Assembly (NCBI GenBank): GCA_010093815.1
Contig: ML996581.1
Length of the DNA: 64,000 bases
Direction: 5' to 3' (one strand)
Origin: Pseudovirgaria hyperparasitica
Taxonomy: Eukaryota
In this document: positions 38,301 through 49,732 of the stretch, piece after piece
How the letters are laid out: every line of letters starts with the position of its first letter
Numbering within the stretch: position 1 is the first letter of the stretch
Position numbers and translations under genes: made by a program
The notes under the pieces: model-generated
The model's input: the letters and a program-made list of their open reading frames with translations, nothing else
What the model was told of the DNA's origin: nothing
The model's database searches: none

Positions 38301-39345
38301 TCCTCAATCTAGCTGTCGCATTGGCCAACGTCATCCGGCGACGCTGACGGCACAGCAAAACTGCGGCGAGGCGACGACTCACGAGCGCATTAACGCGGTA
38401 AGGGCCCTCGTCCGGCATGCAATGCCAACGCATCACCTCCAATCGCCGTCTCCGCCTGCGCCAGCGCATGGCCATTTCCCTCCCCACCTCCGTCTCAATT
38501 GCTTCTTACTCGCTGTATCTGACCTTTCTAACGAGTCTTTGCTGTTCTTCCAGAAACCGGTATAATCATTCATCGCTTCTACTGGCCCTTTCCTCCGACG
38601 CTCCTTCATAACCCCACAATCCACCATTCCTCCCTCAGACGCGCATTGCCTTCTCTCCGGTGAGCACTTCCCTGGCGCACCGCCTCAAATCATCTCTGTG
38701 CGCATAGTTGACGAAATAGAGTTGACTTGACCCTAGCTGGCCTCCGCCAGTCAAGCTGCCCGCTCACATTACCACTATCAGAGCCGCCTCATCGTCGCTG
38801 GCCACCCAATTGACAACGCATCATCCTTCGTACCGCGAATACTAGCTCTACCTCCAAACGTTGAGGCCTGACAGCACTGCCCAGCGCAATCACGAAGTCT
38901 AGAAGTCACCGGTCCTGGCATTGTCGCGCCCAAAGATAGCACAAACATAATAGCTGACTTGCGCGCGTCGAATCCTCATCTAACTAGGTGTGTATCCTGC
39001 TGAGAAGAATCCAAGACCTGTTATTGGAGGCAACAACTGACCTGAACTTAGCACGAGCTACATCCATCCGCCACTAGTCTTTGACCATCGACTCAGGTTA
39101 CGGGACTTATCGCATCCTCTGTACCCTGCCTGTATTGCAAGCGACCGAAGCTCAATCTCCCAATCGCGTACGCGTACCTCGTCGAAGGCCTATCACTCGC
39201 CCACCTTGCGGAAGCTATAGTGCTGAGCCGTATATCAATACTGGTTACAAAGAGTCTGATAGAGAGCTACATCTGAACGCGTCATTAAGTCGCCGCGCGA
39301 CTCACTGCATACATCTGTCTACACATCTGTTGCACTCGCGCAATC

Positions 39346-40410
39346 ATGACTGAATACGCGCCTCCATATCAGCAGAACCATCACGGTCATGCTCCCTCAC
39401 ACATGCAAAGCTACCCCTCCGCACAACAGAACCCTGTACCGGGGAGCGCCTCCATAACATCACCGACCCAACAAGGGCAAATGCATCAGCCCTTCAACCA
39501 GACATCGCCTATACTCCCCTCACAGGGACACAACTATTCACAAGGAGGGCATCAAAATCCACAGAGTCACCAGGTACACCAACCAATGGCATACCAATAT
39601 GGCGTACACTCAGCCATTTATAATCATAACATGTCGCCCACCCAAGCTCAACAGATGGCGACCGCAGCAGCAGCAGGGCCACAGTATTATCCCATGGGCG
39701 ATCAATCGATACAAGGTCAAATGAGCCAAGATCCCCGCGCATCGCCACGCATTGGAGTAAATAAGGATTCTCGTGGCCCTCCTCGATCGCCTACACAAGG
39801 CTCCGGTCCCATGGGCCAGCCCGGTATACAGTCGCAGGTTCAGATGCCTCCACAGCGTCGCGTAAGTACACAGTTGACCAGCCCTGCTGTGCAGCAGCCT
39901 CCACAAGCAGTCATGGGACATGGAGCTCGTCCGGCTGTCCCGGCGCCGATGCCTCAGCAACAGCCCCAGCAGCCTCAGCAATCACCCGAAATGGTATCGG
40001 GGGGCGCGGAAGAGTCCCCTCTCTACGTGAATGCCAAACAATTCCATCGTATTCTTAAACGACGCATGGCAAGACAGAAACTCGAGGACCAACTCAGACT
40101 GACGTCGAAGGGTCGGAAACCTTACCTTCACGAGTCCCGGCATAATCACGCCATGCGACGACCCCGTGGCCCTGGCGGGCGCTTCTTGACAGCTGATGAA
40201 GTGGCGGCTATGGAAGCGAACGGCACACTGCCTACCGATGATGGGCCCGACAACAAGGAGAACACACCAGCAAAGCGATCGAAGCCACAGCAGGGTTCAG
40301 CCAAGAGGAAAGCTGACGGAGAAGCGAAAGGCACTCTCGCGAAGAAATCGAAAAAGGCCAGCGAGAGTGCAGAGGAAGAGGAGGAAGACGAGGACGAAGA
40401 TGACGATTGA
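39346..40410 (+). CDS. HAP2: CCAAT-binding complex subunit HapB/Hap2 (NF-YA)
   Basis: [26 protein letters not shown]...[26 protein letters not shown] is the NF-YA core. The N-terminus is Q/P-rich. Confidence 0.96.
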   Translation: MTEYAPPYQQNHHGHAPSHMQSYPSAQQNPVPGSASITSPTQQGQMHQPFNQTSPILPSQGHNYSQGGHQNPQSHQVHQPMAYQYGVHSAIYNHNMSPTQAQQMATAAAAGPQYYPMGDQSIQGQMSQDPRASPRIGVNKDSRGPPRSPTQGSGPMGQPGIQSQVQMPPQRRVSTQLTSPAVQQPPQAVMGHGARPAVPAPMPQQQPQQPQQSPEMVSGGAEESPLYVNAKQFHRILKRRMARQKLEDQLRLTSKGRKPYLHESRHNHAMRRPRGPGGRFLTADEVAAMEANGTLPTDDGPDNKENTPAKRSKPQQGSAKRKADGEAKGTLAKKSKKASESAEEEEEDEDEDDD

Positions 40411-41705
40411 TCTGATCGTACAGGTTTTGGAACCTCGTCGTCTTGAAGTCTACTCCTTGTCTGCATCATATTTACACCATAATGAGGTCACGAAGCGCAA
40501 CTTGCTACATGCTTTGTTCTACGTCGTCCGGCGATCAGAATGTATCCCCACTTTACTTTCAGCTCGGCAGGTGCACTGATTCCATATACCCGGAATGCAG
40601 TGACCCATAACCTGGCCTCTCACGATGTCATTACCGGGCTGATCTCTCCATTGGTGTCATCGTTACGAATTTCCTTCCAAACTCACGACACGTGGAACTT
40701 TCCGAGATACCAACAGGCATTGGGACGGACTATGGCATTGGCATGGGCTTGGACTGATTGAGCGCGCATTAGAAGGACTTTCCCCCACCGGAACATGTGA
40801 AATTCTGAATTCTCCTGGAAATGCATCTGACACAAACTGTTCTTATCACATTCGCTCATACCTCGTTTCCTCATGTTACGTGCCCCCTCTTCTCATCAAC
40901 CGAGCGGTTGAGGAAGCAAGGGCGGAGGAGCGCTATCAAATGATTTATGAAATACGCGGGTCTTCCACATCTATACGAGGTGCTTGAAATCACCTAGATT
41001 GGTCAATCGCATCAAGAAAAAATATTTTGACATTCTTTTACGACTCTGGATACGGAAATACATTTTGTGCTGGGTCGTTGACTATGTTTGATGATGGAGG
41101 AACGAGCTGTGTAATATACCCCAATGTCACGTCAAGTTGAAATTTGAGATATCTGTGACAGATAGTAGTGTACGAAGGCCAAATGATCCAGTGGATCTAG
41201 CTGACTAGAAATTGTGAGAAGCTGTGCACATGACGGATGTCCTCATCGTGAAACTTGGTGAAACTTGTTATTGCTGATTATTGCTGATTAAACGCTGCTT
41301 TTCGAGACGACCGAACAACGCATCCTAGAGGTAGATTCCTTTTTGGGATATTCTTTGCTTTGGTCACTCGATTGAAATAATATCGCCGGTGGGTCCGGCA
41401 AACAGTATCGTGTGTCATAGAATTCGATACGTCCTTGAACGTACAATAGAGCTTTACTTCATACGAGGATGACTTGCACTCATTATATGTTTTACGCAGG
41501 CTGAGTGGTGTTGTTGAGTGCAAGCGTACCTAGGTAAGGTCATAAACTTCTTAGTCAGCGTACACCTCCGACCTCCGACCAAGGTTTTTAGCATTGTCCA
41601 GTCCACAACTTAGAGCTTGAAAACCATCCTCAAATTCGGGTGTACACGGCGAACAGGCTATTCCAAGGCCTCAATTCCGCTGTACCAGCCTCTACCTATC
41701 ACAAT

Positions 41706-42572
41706 ATGCTGTCCAGAGCAATACGGCGTTCCCTCCTGGAGCCAGCGACCGCCGCGCTCCCACCAACCTTCCTCCTCCCCTTCCGCGCCCATCTCTCAAC
41801 CCAACCGCACAGCACCAGCACAACATCAACCGACCCATCAACCCTCTCATCGCCACTCCACAGCGGCAAAAATGCCGCCAGCGCATCCTCCGCAAAAGCA
41901 ACCGCCCGCAACAATGAGCGTCTCGGACCCCTAGCCGACGGCTCACAAGGCATCTCAGTCCCCAGGACCACCCTACCACTACCATCATCCACACCCACAC
42001 AGCGCAGCAGCACTGTAGATCTACACGAGTCCATCCACTCCATGCTCCCCTTGCTACGCGCCCAACCGCCGTACTACATCCAGGTGCAGATCCACGGCAA
42101 GAACTACCTGCTCACGGCCGGCGACGAGCTGCGTCTGCCGTTCCTGATGCCAGATGTGTCGCCCGGCGACGTGCTGCGGCTGAACCGCGCGACGCACATT
42201 GGCTCGCGGGATTTCACGCTGCGGGCTGCGGCGAGCAAAAAGGGGACGCGGGTCGCGCCGAAGGTGACGCGGTATCTGGACGAGCGGTTGTTTGTGTGTC
42301 GGGCTACGGTGATGGGGGTGGATAGCGAGCCGATGCGGTTTCTGGAGAAGACGAAGAGGAGGCAGAGGCATGTTAAGACGGTGAAGAGTAAGCATCGGTT
42401 CACGGTGCTGCGGATTGGGGAGGTTACGGTCAAGTCGGTGGAGGATGCTGAGCGGGCGAATGCGGAGGAGCCGTTGAGTGGTGATTCGATCTTTGGGATG
42501 GAGGAGGATGTTGATGATGTGCAGCAGACTGTGGTGGAAATGAATCAGAGGAATGGGAGATCGGCTATTTAA
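41706..42572 (+). CDS. MRPL49: Mitochondrial ribosomal protein bL21m (Mrpl49-like)
   Basis: Presequence-like MLSRAIRRSLL, then PYYIQVQIHGKNYLLTAGD, GDVLRLNRATHIGSRDFTL and KTKRRQRHVKTVKSKHRFTVLRI. Confidence 0.85.
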   Translation: MLSRAIRRSLLEPATAALPPTFLLPFRAHLSTQPHSTSTTSTDPSTLSSPLHSGKNAASASSAKATARNNERLGPLADGSQGISVPRTTLPLPSSTPTQRSSTVDLHESIHSMLPLLRAQPPYYIQVQIHGKNYLLTAGDELRLPFLMPDVSPGDVLRLNRATHIGSRDFTLRAAASKKGTRVAPKVTRYLDERLFVCRATVMGVDSEPMRFLEKTKRRQRHVKTVKSKHRFTVLRIGEVTVKSVEDAERANAEEPLSGDSIFGMEEDVDDVQQTVVEMNQRNGRSAI

Positions 42573-42788
42573 GAACCTGGACGTGCGGATGTATAAATTG
42601 TATTATATGGTACAATGCCAGTAGAATACCACCACGAGGTTGCATTACTGCAGCGTTGACCTCGATTCTTTTGTGTATGATTTGAGTACCAGTGTTGCTT
42701 TGTATCCTGTTCTATTTCGACACTCGCCCGTGACCCTATCCCCTGAAGCGCCTTTCGCTATGCTGTATATGAAAAATGCGGCCTTTTA

Positions 42789-44096
42789 TCAATGTGCCAT
42801 GTTTTCCTCGTAAAACTCCTGTACTGTGGTCAATATTTGGTAGCTTATAACGACAGCCATGGTACGTACAGGTTGCCGATTTTGAATCAACGTCGTAATT
42901 TTCTCGACCTCTTCCGCCAAGCTCTGCACATTGGCGTCCCATTTTCGAACCTCCTTGCCTACAGCACGTTCAGCGTGCTTGGTCTTTCTTTCTCCACTGC
43001 CTTCGCCTTCGAAGAAAATGAATCTGTCAATCTGATCAATGTACCCTGCCAAGCGGCCTTGCTCTATCATCTGCGCCGCATAACTCTCCGCACGCTCTGC
43101 GTTTACGCCGAGAAGCACCCCAAGCTCATCGAATCCGATATTGCTGTATAGCCGAGATGCAGCCAGGAGGTTGTGCTCCAGGACAGCCTTCTCGAGCACA
43201 GTCGAGCCATCCGCGGTTTTGGCGAGCTGGTGCTGTTCTAGCGTCGTCTCGAAGGCCTTGACTTGTTCCGGAGAGAGAATCCGGTCCAGGAAAATCTTTT
43301 CTAGGATGCCAAACTGCTCGATTGTCGAGGCGCGCTCGTCCTTGTACAGCCGGGCCAGCGTCTTCGCCCGCGTGGGTCCAGCAGGAGCAAGGACGGCACA
43401 GGTGATGGCCTTGCCGAGCACCATGAGCCGTTCGGCCTCATCGACGTCGGCCTCGAAGCTGACGCCGTGATACGATGCGCTGGCCTCGAGGAACTGGCGC
43501 TGCGAGTCCAAAATGCGGGCCTGGCTGAGCTGGAACATGAGCTTCGTCGCCTTGTCCTGCACGTGGAAGAGGACGTTCTTCACGTGGTTCAGGTACGACA
43601 TGGCGTTTGTGGGGTCGTCGTCCTCCAAGTAGCATCGCACAATCCTGATCCATATCTGTGCCTTGTCGTCGTCGGAGATGGCGCGCTGCGAGGAGTCCAG
43701 CGTGATGGTTTGGAGCACCTTGGCAGCGCCGGAGTAGTCCTCGAGCTCCTGGTATGCGTCTGAGAGCGACTCTTTGATCTTTGTGTCTTGTTCTTCGAAG
43801 GAGACGACGCGGGGTTGCAGTATCTCGAGCACGCGGGTGCCTACTTCGATCTTTGTGTTTGCATCTTGTAGATTGCGGTATTCCTCGACGAAGGAGGCTA
43901 GGAGCGGTCGCGAGGTCACGATGCCATTGGAGTCGCCCAGTATTGATTCGGCGTATGCGATTAGGTTCGGGCCCAGGTGCTCGTCTGATGTGGTGGAAAC
44001 GATCTTGGAGAGCAGTGTGTTGTATCTCGTCGGTCTAGAATTCGCGGGAGAGTCTTCGAGCTGGAGGAGGGCTTCGAGGACTTCTGGAGCAGACAT
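42789..44096 (-). CDS. CSN4: COP9 signalosome subunit 4 (PCI domain); 51-nt intron 42869-42819
   Basis: PRVVSFEEQ, ARILDSQRQFLEA, CAVLAPAGPTR..LARLYKDER, AVLEHNLLAASRLYSNI and IDQID motifs. Confidence 0.94.
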   Translation of the reverse strand: MSAPEVLEALLQLEDSPANSRPTRYNTLLSKIVSTTSDEHLGPNLIAYAESILGDSNGIVTSRPLLASFVEEYRNLQDANTKIEVGTRVLEILQPRVVSFEEQDTKIKESLSDAYQELEDYSGAAKVLQTITLDSSQRAISDDDKAQIWIRIVRCYLEDDDPTNAMSYLNHVKNVLFHVQDKATKLMFQLSQARILDSQRQFLEASASYHGVSFEADVDEAERLMVLGKAITCAVLAPAGPTRAKTLARLYKDERASTIEQFGILEKIFLDRILSPEQVKAFETTLEQHQLAKTADGSTVLEKAVLEHNLLAASRLYSNIGFDELGVLLGVNAERAESYAAQMIEQGRLAGYIDQIDRFIFFEGEGSGERKTKHAERAVGKEVRKWDANVQSLAEEVEKITTLIQNRQPVRTMAVVISYQILTTVQEFYEENMAH

Positions 44097-44437
44097 TGTG
44101 GGTTGTAATGCCACTTTGGGTGTCTTCGATATGGAATCTTCAAAGAAAAGTTGTTGGCTTATATGGGAAGTGTCGTTTAGAGCTCTAGGCAGCTCGCCGG
44201 CGCTTGGTGCAGCCAGGTGGGGTCAAACTAGGTTACTCAGGCGCGGCAGCTGCGCCGTGCTCGGCCATGGATCCGTATAAGCTTGTCCAGACCTGCTTCC
44301 CATTTACAGGGCGAAACAACGTTTGCGCCTCTCTACACAGTTCGATTCACAGCATCTTCTTCAACCAGATCACACTAGAGACAGTTACAGACACATCCAC
44401 TCGAGCTCTTGGAACTTTTATATCGTTGTCGCTCGTC

Positions 44438-45531
44438 ATGGCGGCCATGAATGGGGTCAAGGTAGAGGACGACATGAAGATCAAGCCAGATCCGGAAGAC
44501 GAAGCCGAGGGAGGCTTTGCGGACGACGACGAATACGAAGACACAGGTGAGCTCACTATGCCGCGCGAAGAGCAGGAGATATGGCTCGCAAAAGTCCCAA
44601 AATGGATGTGGGAAGCATTATCAGAGGCGAACGACTCGGAGGAGCCATTGCACATAGGACAACTAAATACATACGAGGACTTGAGCCTGAAGCCTGCGGA
44701 GAGAGAGCGTGAGAAGACCCACAGATTTGTGTTCAACAAAGACTTCAAGAGGGCGAGCAAGATACCGAAGGAATACGAACTCGAATTCACGAAAGCCGAC
44801 CCGCCTAACATGCATATCTTTTCGGAGAAGGACCTGCCGGGATACAAAGCGAATCCATTCAGTCGGAGCAATAAGCAAGACTACAATGCCGGCAAAGCTC
44901 AAGGTGTTCAGAAGGGCAGACGATATAGGAAGGCCATCCCGAAGCAGACAGCTCTCCTGCGGTCTATAAGAAAAGAGCTCAGCTGCACGCCAGTAGACAA
45001 TAAGGAGTACCATGAATTCATGGAGAAGCGCAAGAAGCAGGTCGAGAAGTCCCAGATTACACTGGAGAGTGGTGGTGACTACCTGCCCACGAATGCGGAC
45101 ATGAACTTTGGAACTCTTATCGTAAGCAGCTCGAACCGGCAAGAATATATACATGTACTAATTACTGTGTGCAGAGAGGTACAACCAAAAAGAAGAGTGG
45201 ACAGGACAATAAAGCTGCGCGCATTCCAGAGGTGGAACTGGTTCCGATGCTGTTCGATGCCTTCAAGCAATACAAATACTGGAGTCTCAAAACGCTGCGC
45301 ACAAGGACCAGACAGCCAGAGCAGTATCTCAAGCAAGTCCTTTCTGGTATCGCCGAGCTCGTTACTTCTGGTCCTTTCAACGGCAACTGGACGCTTAAGA
45401 AGGAGAGCTACATCGATTTCGATGATGCCAACGTGGAAGAAATAGCCCCTGAGGCCGGAGACCCATCGTCACCTGAGGATGTCGACGACCTAGAAGACGA
45501 CGAGGATGAGGAGATGGAGGATGTAGTTTAA
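44438..45531 (+). CDS. TFG2: TFIIF beta subunit (RAP30); intron 45122-45174
   Basis: IWLAKVPKWMW, IPKEYEL, KAIPKQT and winged helix NKAARIPEVEL..LFDAFKQYKYWSLKTLR..TRQPEQYLKQVL..W.LK. Confidence 0.93.
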
Positions 45532-46391
45532 AGAGGGGCCTTTTATATATCGTCCCCGGATGTCTATTTCAGTGGTTGTTCTAACAGCATAGCATGGCGT
45601 TCTTGTGGGGGCAGTGGCTTCTTAAAATGGCACATTGATGCTATGCCGCACCATACATTTGAGATATTTGAGGGCTTTGGATGTGTTACTAATGATCAAC
45701 TTGATCAATTTAATCTGCGTATACGTTCCTCTTTTTTGGTTGATTGTTGGCATGCGTTTTGAGTTTCTGTGCTAAGTCTTGTAGGACCTGCCGCGTACGA
45801 ACAACACAGAGACTAGAATTTGTCCGCATGTGTAACTTATGCATAGTGTCAGTGGTATGAACATGTCTGGTATCTCCAAGTTCATTCCAACAATGCGAGT
45901 ATATGATCACTAACCTATACCGCCCTACATATATCCGGTATATCATGTGCCATCGGCCTCAGGCCTTTCCGCGTCTCACATAGTGAGCTAGAGGTAAGGC
46001 GCGCTCTAATTCGCAGAAATGACGTATACCACGTTGCAACCAGCGGATAATGTATCCATATACTGTACCCACCGGGGCTTAAGAGTTCCCGAGGTCGTCT
46101 GCACACGATCTTAGCGTGCGTCCCCAGGTCCGCTTAGATCCGCGTTAACCGTTGGCCCGCCCCCTGTCGATGCTTAAGGCTGCTTGCATTGACGTCTTAC
46201 CATTCTCTGGTCAATGTTTCCTGCAAATTGGGGAAAGTCACGATATGGTCTGATGGTATGGGTATTCTCGATTATCCATTGATCTGTAATCCGTAAGCTG
46301 TAACCTGACCCTACCCTGCTCTTGCTGACTGGCAGGCAGTTGGCAAATGAGCTTCCCAAGTCGCGACTTGGCAAGCCACCAGAGCCATCTC

Positions 46392-46877
46392 ATCCGTATA
46401 TCCATAGTTACATGGGAAAGCTTGGCGCCCGATGTTCGCCCATGTCACTAACATACACGATTAAGTATAATTAATATTCTTATATACTACTACTATACTA
46501 CGCTTATATAGTATTTAAGAGATAGTATAACTAATATATAATACTATAGATCCTTAGTATTCTCTCTATATCCTTCTAGAGCGCGTTTAAATATAGGGGC
46601 ATATAGCTAGCTAGACCTAAGAGTATCTCTCTATTACTTACTCTTTTTACTCTTTTTCTTTAATTTTAGAGGTATTATAGATAATATAAAGTAATAAAAA
46701 GAGGATAGATATATAACTAGGACTATATAGAACTAATATATAGTAATTTTTATAGCTATATATATATATTATACAGCGGTAATAGATAAAAATGTTAATT
46801 ATACTAAATCGTGCGTGTTGGTGACATGGGCGAACATCGGCAGCCAAGCTTTCCCATGTAACTATGGATATACGGAT
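46392..46877. mobile_element. MITE-like non-autonomous DNA transposon with ~90-bp terminal inverted repeats and AT-rich (RIP-like) core
   Basis: Left ATCCGTATATCCATAGTTACATGGGAAAGCTTGGC..CCGATGTTCGCCCATGTCAC.AACA..CACGATT.AGTATAATTAA is the reverse complement of ~46786-46877. The interior is TpA-rich with no credible ORF. Confidence 0.85.
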
Positions 46878-47262
46878 ACCCTAACACCAAACCGTCATCC
46901 CATGGCGTCATGGTTAACAGAAGCTCAATTATACAATTTACACTCGGCCGACATGCTGCCCGGTACAGTGTTGGAGTTCAGCGCTACCTAGATATCTCAC
47001 TTGCCCAAGTCATAATGGCTGGTCAAGTGCTTCCAATTGCGATCCACTGACGTACACGCGCCACTCCGTCGATTCATACTGAACGCCTTTCCCTAGTGAG
47101 GTCTCCAATGCTCTAGTAGTGTCGATGTAACCGCCATTTTCCCCAGAAAACCCCACAATAGGCACTGGGGCTATAATACTGCAGCCATGACCGGATGCCT
47201 ACGTTGTTGACTCTTACACTTCTCTCCGCTAGAGCCTCCCAGGACTCTTACCACCACGCACC

Positions 47263-49257
47263 ATGGGGTTTTCAGTAAAGTCATGGTCACCCGCAAACTG
47301 GGCAAAAGTCCATTTTGATCATGTCGACCCTAGATCAAATGCCGCGACAGACGATGCTAGGAGAAGCCTTGCCCATCTCGATTACTCTCCGTTACAGAGA
47401 GTATCAGCAAGATCATTCAGCATGGCAGTGCTCATTTCAATGGGTGGTTTAATGTAGGGTTATTGATGTCCCCAGCGTTGACTCCGTACTTACTGTGACT
47501 TAGCTTCGGCTATGATACTGGTCAGATCTCCGGCTTCCTTGAGATGCCGGATTTCCAAAGGCGATTTGGCGAATACAACGCAGCCACCGGCGCCTATACA
47601 TTTAGTAACGTCCGATCTGGCCTGATTGTGGCAATGTTATCCATTGGAACCTTGATCGGTGCTCTCTGTGCAGCGGTATGTATTTGTCTATTGCCATGCT
47701 TGTATGGTGCACAACTGATTCGTCTTTAGCCAATCGCCGATGCCATAGGACGCCGTCTAAGTATGACTTTCTGGGCTCTTATCTTCATGGTCGGCCTGAT
47801 TGTACAGATCAGCACTGACAATCATTGGTACCAAATCATGATGGGTCGATGGGTGGCTGGTTTGGGGGTCGGTGCCCTCAGTGTTCTCGTTCCCCTTTAC
47901 CAGGGAGAAACAGCACCAAGATATATCCGTGGAGCCCTAATTAGCTGTTACCAGCTCTTCATCACACTCGGAATCTTCCTCGCTGCCTGCTTCAACTTCG
48001 GACTATACGAGCACCAGCGGCAAAGCAACGCTAGCTGGCGTGTGCCGATCGGCATTGGTTTCCTGTTTGGAATCGTTCTCGCTGCAGGCATTCTCCTGTT
48101 TCCAGAAACACCACGGTTCGATTATCGGAAGGGGCGAACTGAAGAGGCGAAGCAAACTATGATGAGGGTTCATAATTGTCCACCTAACCACTATGTTATC
48201 CACGCGGAATTGGAAGAGATTGAAGCCAAGCTCAAAGCCGAGAGAGCCGTGAAGGGCACCTTCATTGATGAAGTTTCGGCAATGATGGCAGCTCCCAAGG
48301 TCCCCTATCGACTCGTGCTCGGCATCTCACTCCAGGCATTACAACAGCTGACTGGAGCGAATTTTTTCTTTTACTACGTAAGCCATCATCATGATGTCGA
48401 TATCTTCTATCGTATTTAACTCGGTAAACAGGGAACTACCATTTTCCAGAGTACCGGTATCAACAATTCGTTCGTCACTCAGATGATCTTGAACGGAATC
48501 AATTTCGGTGTGACCTTTATTGGTTTGTACATCGTTGAACACTATGGTCGCCGACGTAGTCTTGTGGCCGGTGCGATATGGATGTTCGTTTGCTTTATGG
48601 TATTCGCTTCTGTAGGCCACTTTGGGCTGGATCGCGATACTCCGACCAACACTCCAGCTGCGGGAACGGCAATGATTGTGTTTGCCTGTCTCTTCATTCT
48701 AGGCTACGCCACTACATGGGGTCCTATGGTAAGTTCGGCCTGTTACTTGGAAGCTTTGCGCTGTTACTAAATTCACCACAGGTCTGGACGATCATCGCGG
48801 AATTATATCCGAATCGCTTCAGGGCTAAGGGTATCTCTTTAGGTGAGGATCTCCAGAAACTTCATTCTCTCGTAGACTCTGACTAATTTACTGAACAGCA
48901 ACGGCCTCTAATTGGCTGTGGAATTTTCTCATTGCATTCTTCTCGCCATTCATCACAGGTGCCATTGACTTTCGTTACGGCTACGTGTTTGCTGCATGTA
49001 ACGTTCTGGCCGGGCTTGTCGTCTACTTTTTCGTTATGGAAGGCCAAGGAAGAACATTGGAAGAGATAGATACTATGTACATTTCTGGAGTAAAGCCTTG
49101 GAATTCTACTAACTGGGTGGCTCCGACCGCGGCAGAGATTGCACAGATACGAAAAGAGGCTGGCACTGCTGACGCTGCGGTGGAAGAAGGAATGAGACCA
49201 AGCGAAGAGACTGCAAAGGAGAAACCGGGCGATGACGGGCCCATCCACCGCGAGTAG
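47263..49257 (+). CDS. MFS sugar porter (HXT-like hexose transporter), five introns (~47454-47503, 47676-47729, 48378-48431, 48729-48781, 48843-48898)
   Basis: MGGLI|FGYDTGQISG, NVRSGLIV, ADAIGRR, GETAPRYIRGALISCYQL, PETPR, QQLTGANFFFYY and TWGP motifs, plus GRTLEEID. Confidence 0.93.
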
Positions 49258-49319
49258 ACCGTAGACATATTGAAAAGGTGTATTCTATTGGAAGCGAAAG
49301 CTAGATTGAACCATTTCGG

Positions 49320-49732
49320 TCACTTTCCCTGCAGGCCCAGCGGGTCTCGAGCAGTACCTCCGCTTGGAGTCTGTATGCGGCCTTTCTGTACCTGTCCCGA
49401 CGCTTTAACACTTGCTTTATTCCTCGCCATCCCAAGAGGATTGTCTGCGGTTGGAGCTCGGGGGCCAGATGCGCCTGTCGCGTCTTTGATGCTGTTGCCG
49501 TATGATCGGACACTGTTACCCCATCCACGAGTAGTACCCGCAACGCTGAGCAATAAATGAGCCGGTCATGTCCACGAACAACCTCTCAGCTACACCCCAA
49601 GAGCACGAACCTGTTGCTCACTCCTTTCCCGGCACCCGAGACACCACTGCCGACTGCATTCACAACTCCACCTGTGAAGTTGCTGATTCCGGCAGTGACG
49701 CCAGCAAGCTGTCGACTGACCCAGTCTGCCAT
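49320..49732 (-). CDS. Small Gly/Ser-rich hypothetical protein (~115 aa); intron 49610-49546
   Basis: MADWVSRQLAGVTAG...GKGVSNS|VAGTTRGWGNSVRSYGNSIKDATGASGPRAPTADNPLGM...TARDPLGL. In-frame GTTCGT..CAG splice and a TATA-like element (TATAAAT on minus) at ~49827-49833. Confidence 0.8.

Noticed and set aside
41248..41290. Two short adjacent direct duplications (TGAAACTTG x2; TTATTGCTGA x2)
   Set aside because: Consistent with ordinary slippage, with no further structure.
44204..44437. N-terminal extensions in the ORF track (also 30938, 41640, 27719, 16492, 4254)
   Set aside because: They begin at non-ATG codons. The downstream ATGs give family-typical N-termini.
46647..46847. 66-aa Tyr/Ile-rich ORF inside the MITE-like element
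   Set aside because: Composition artefact of AT-rich sequence with no transposase motifs.
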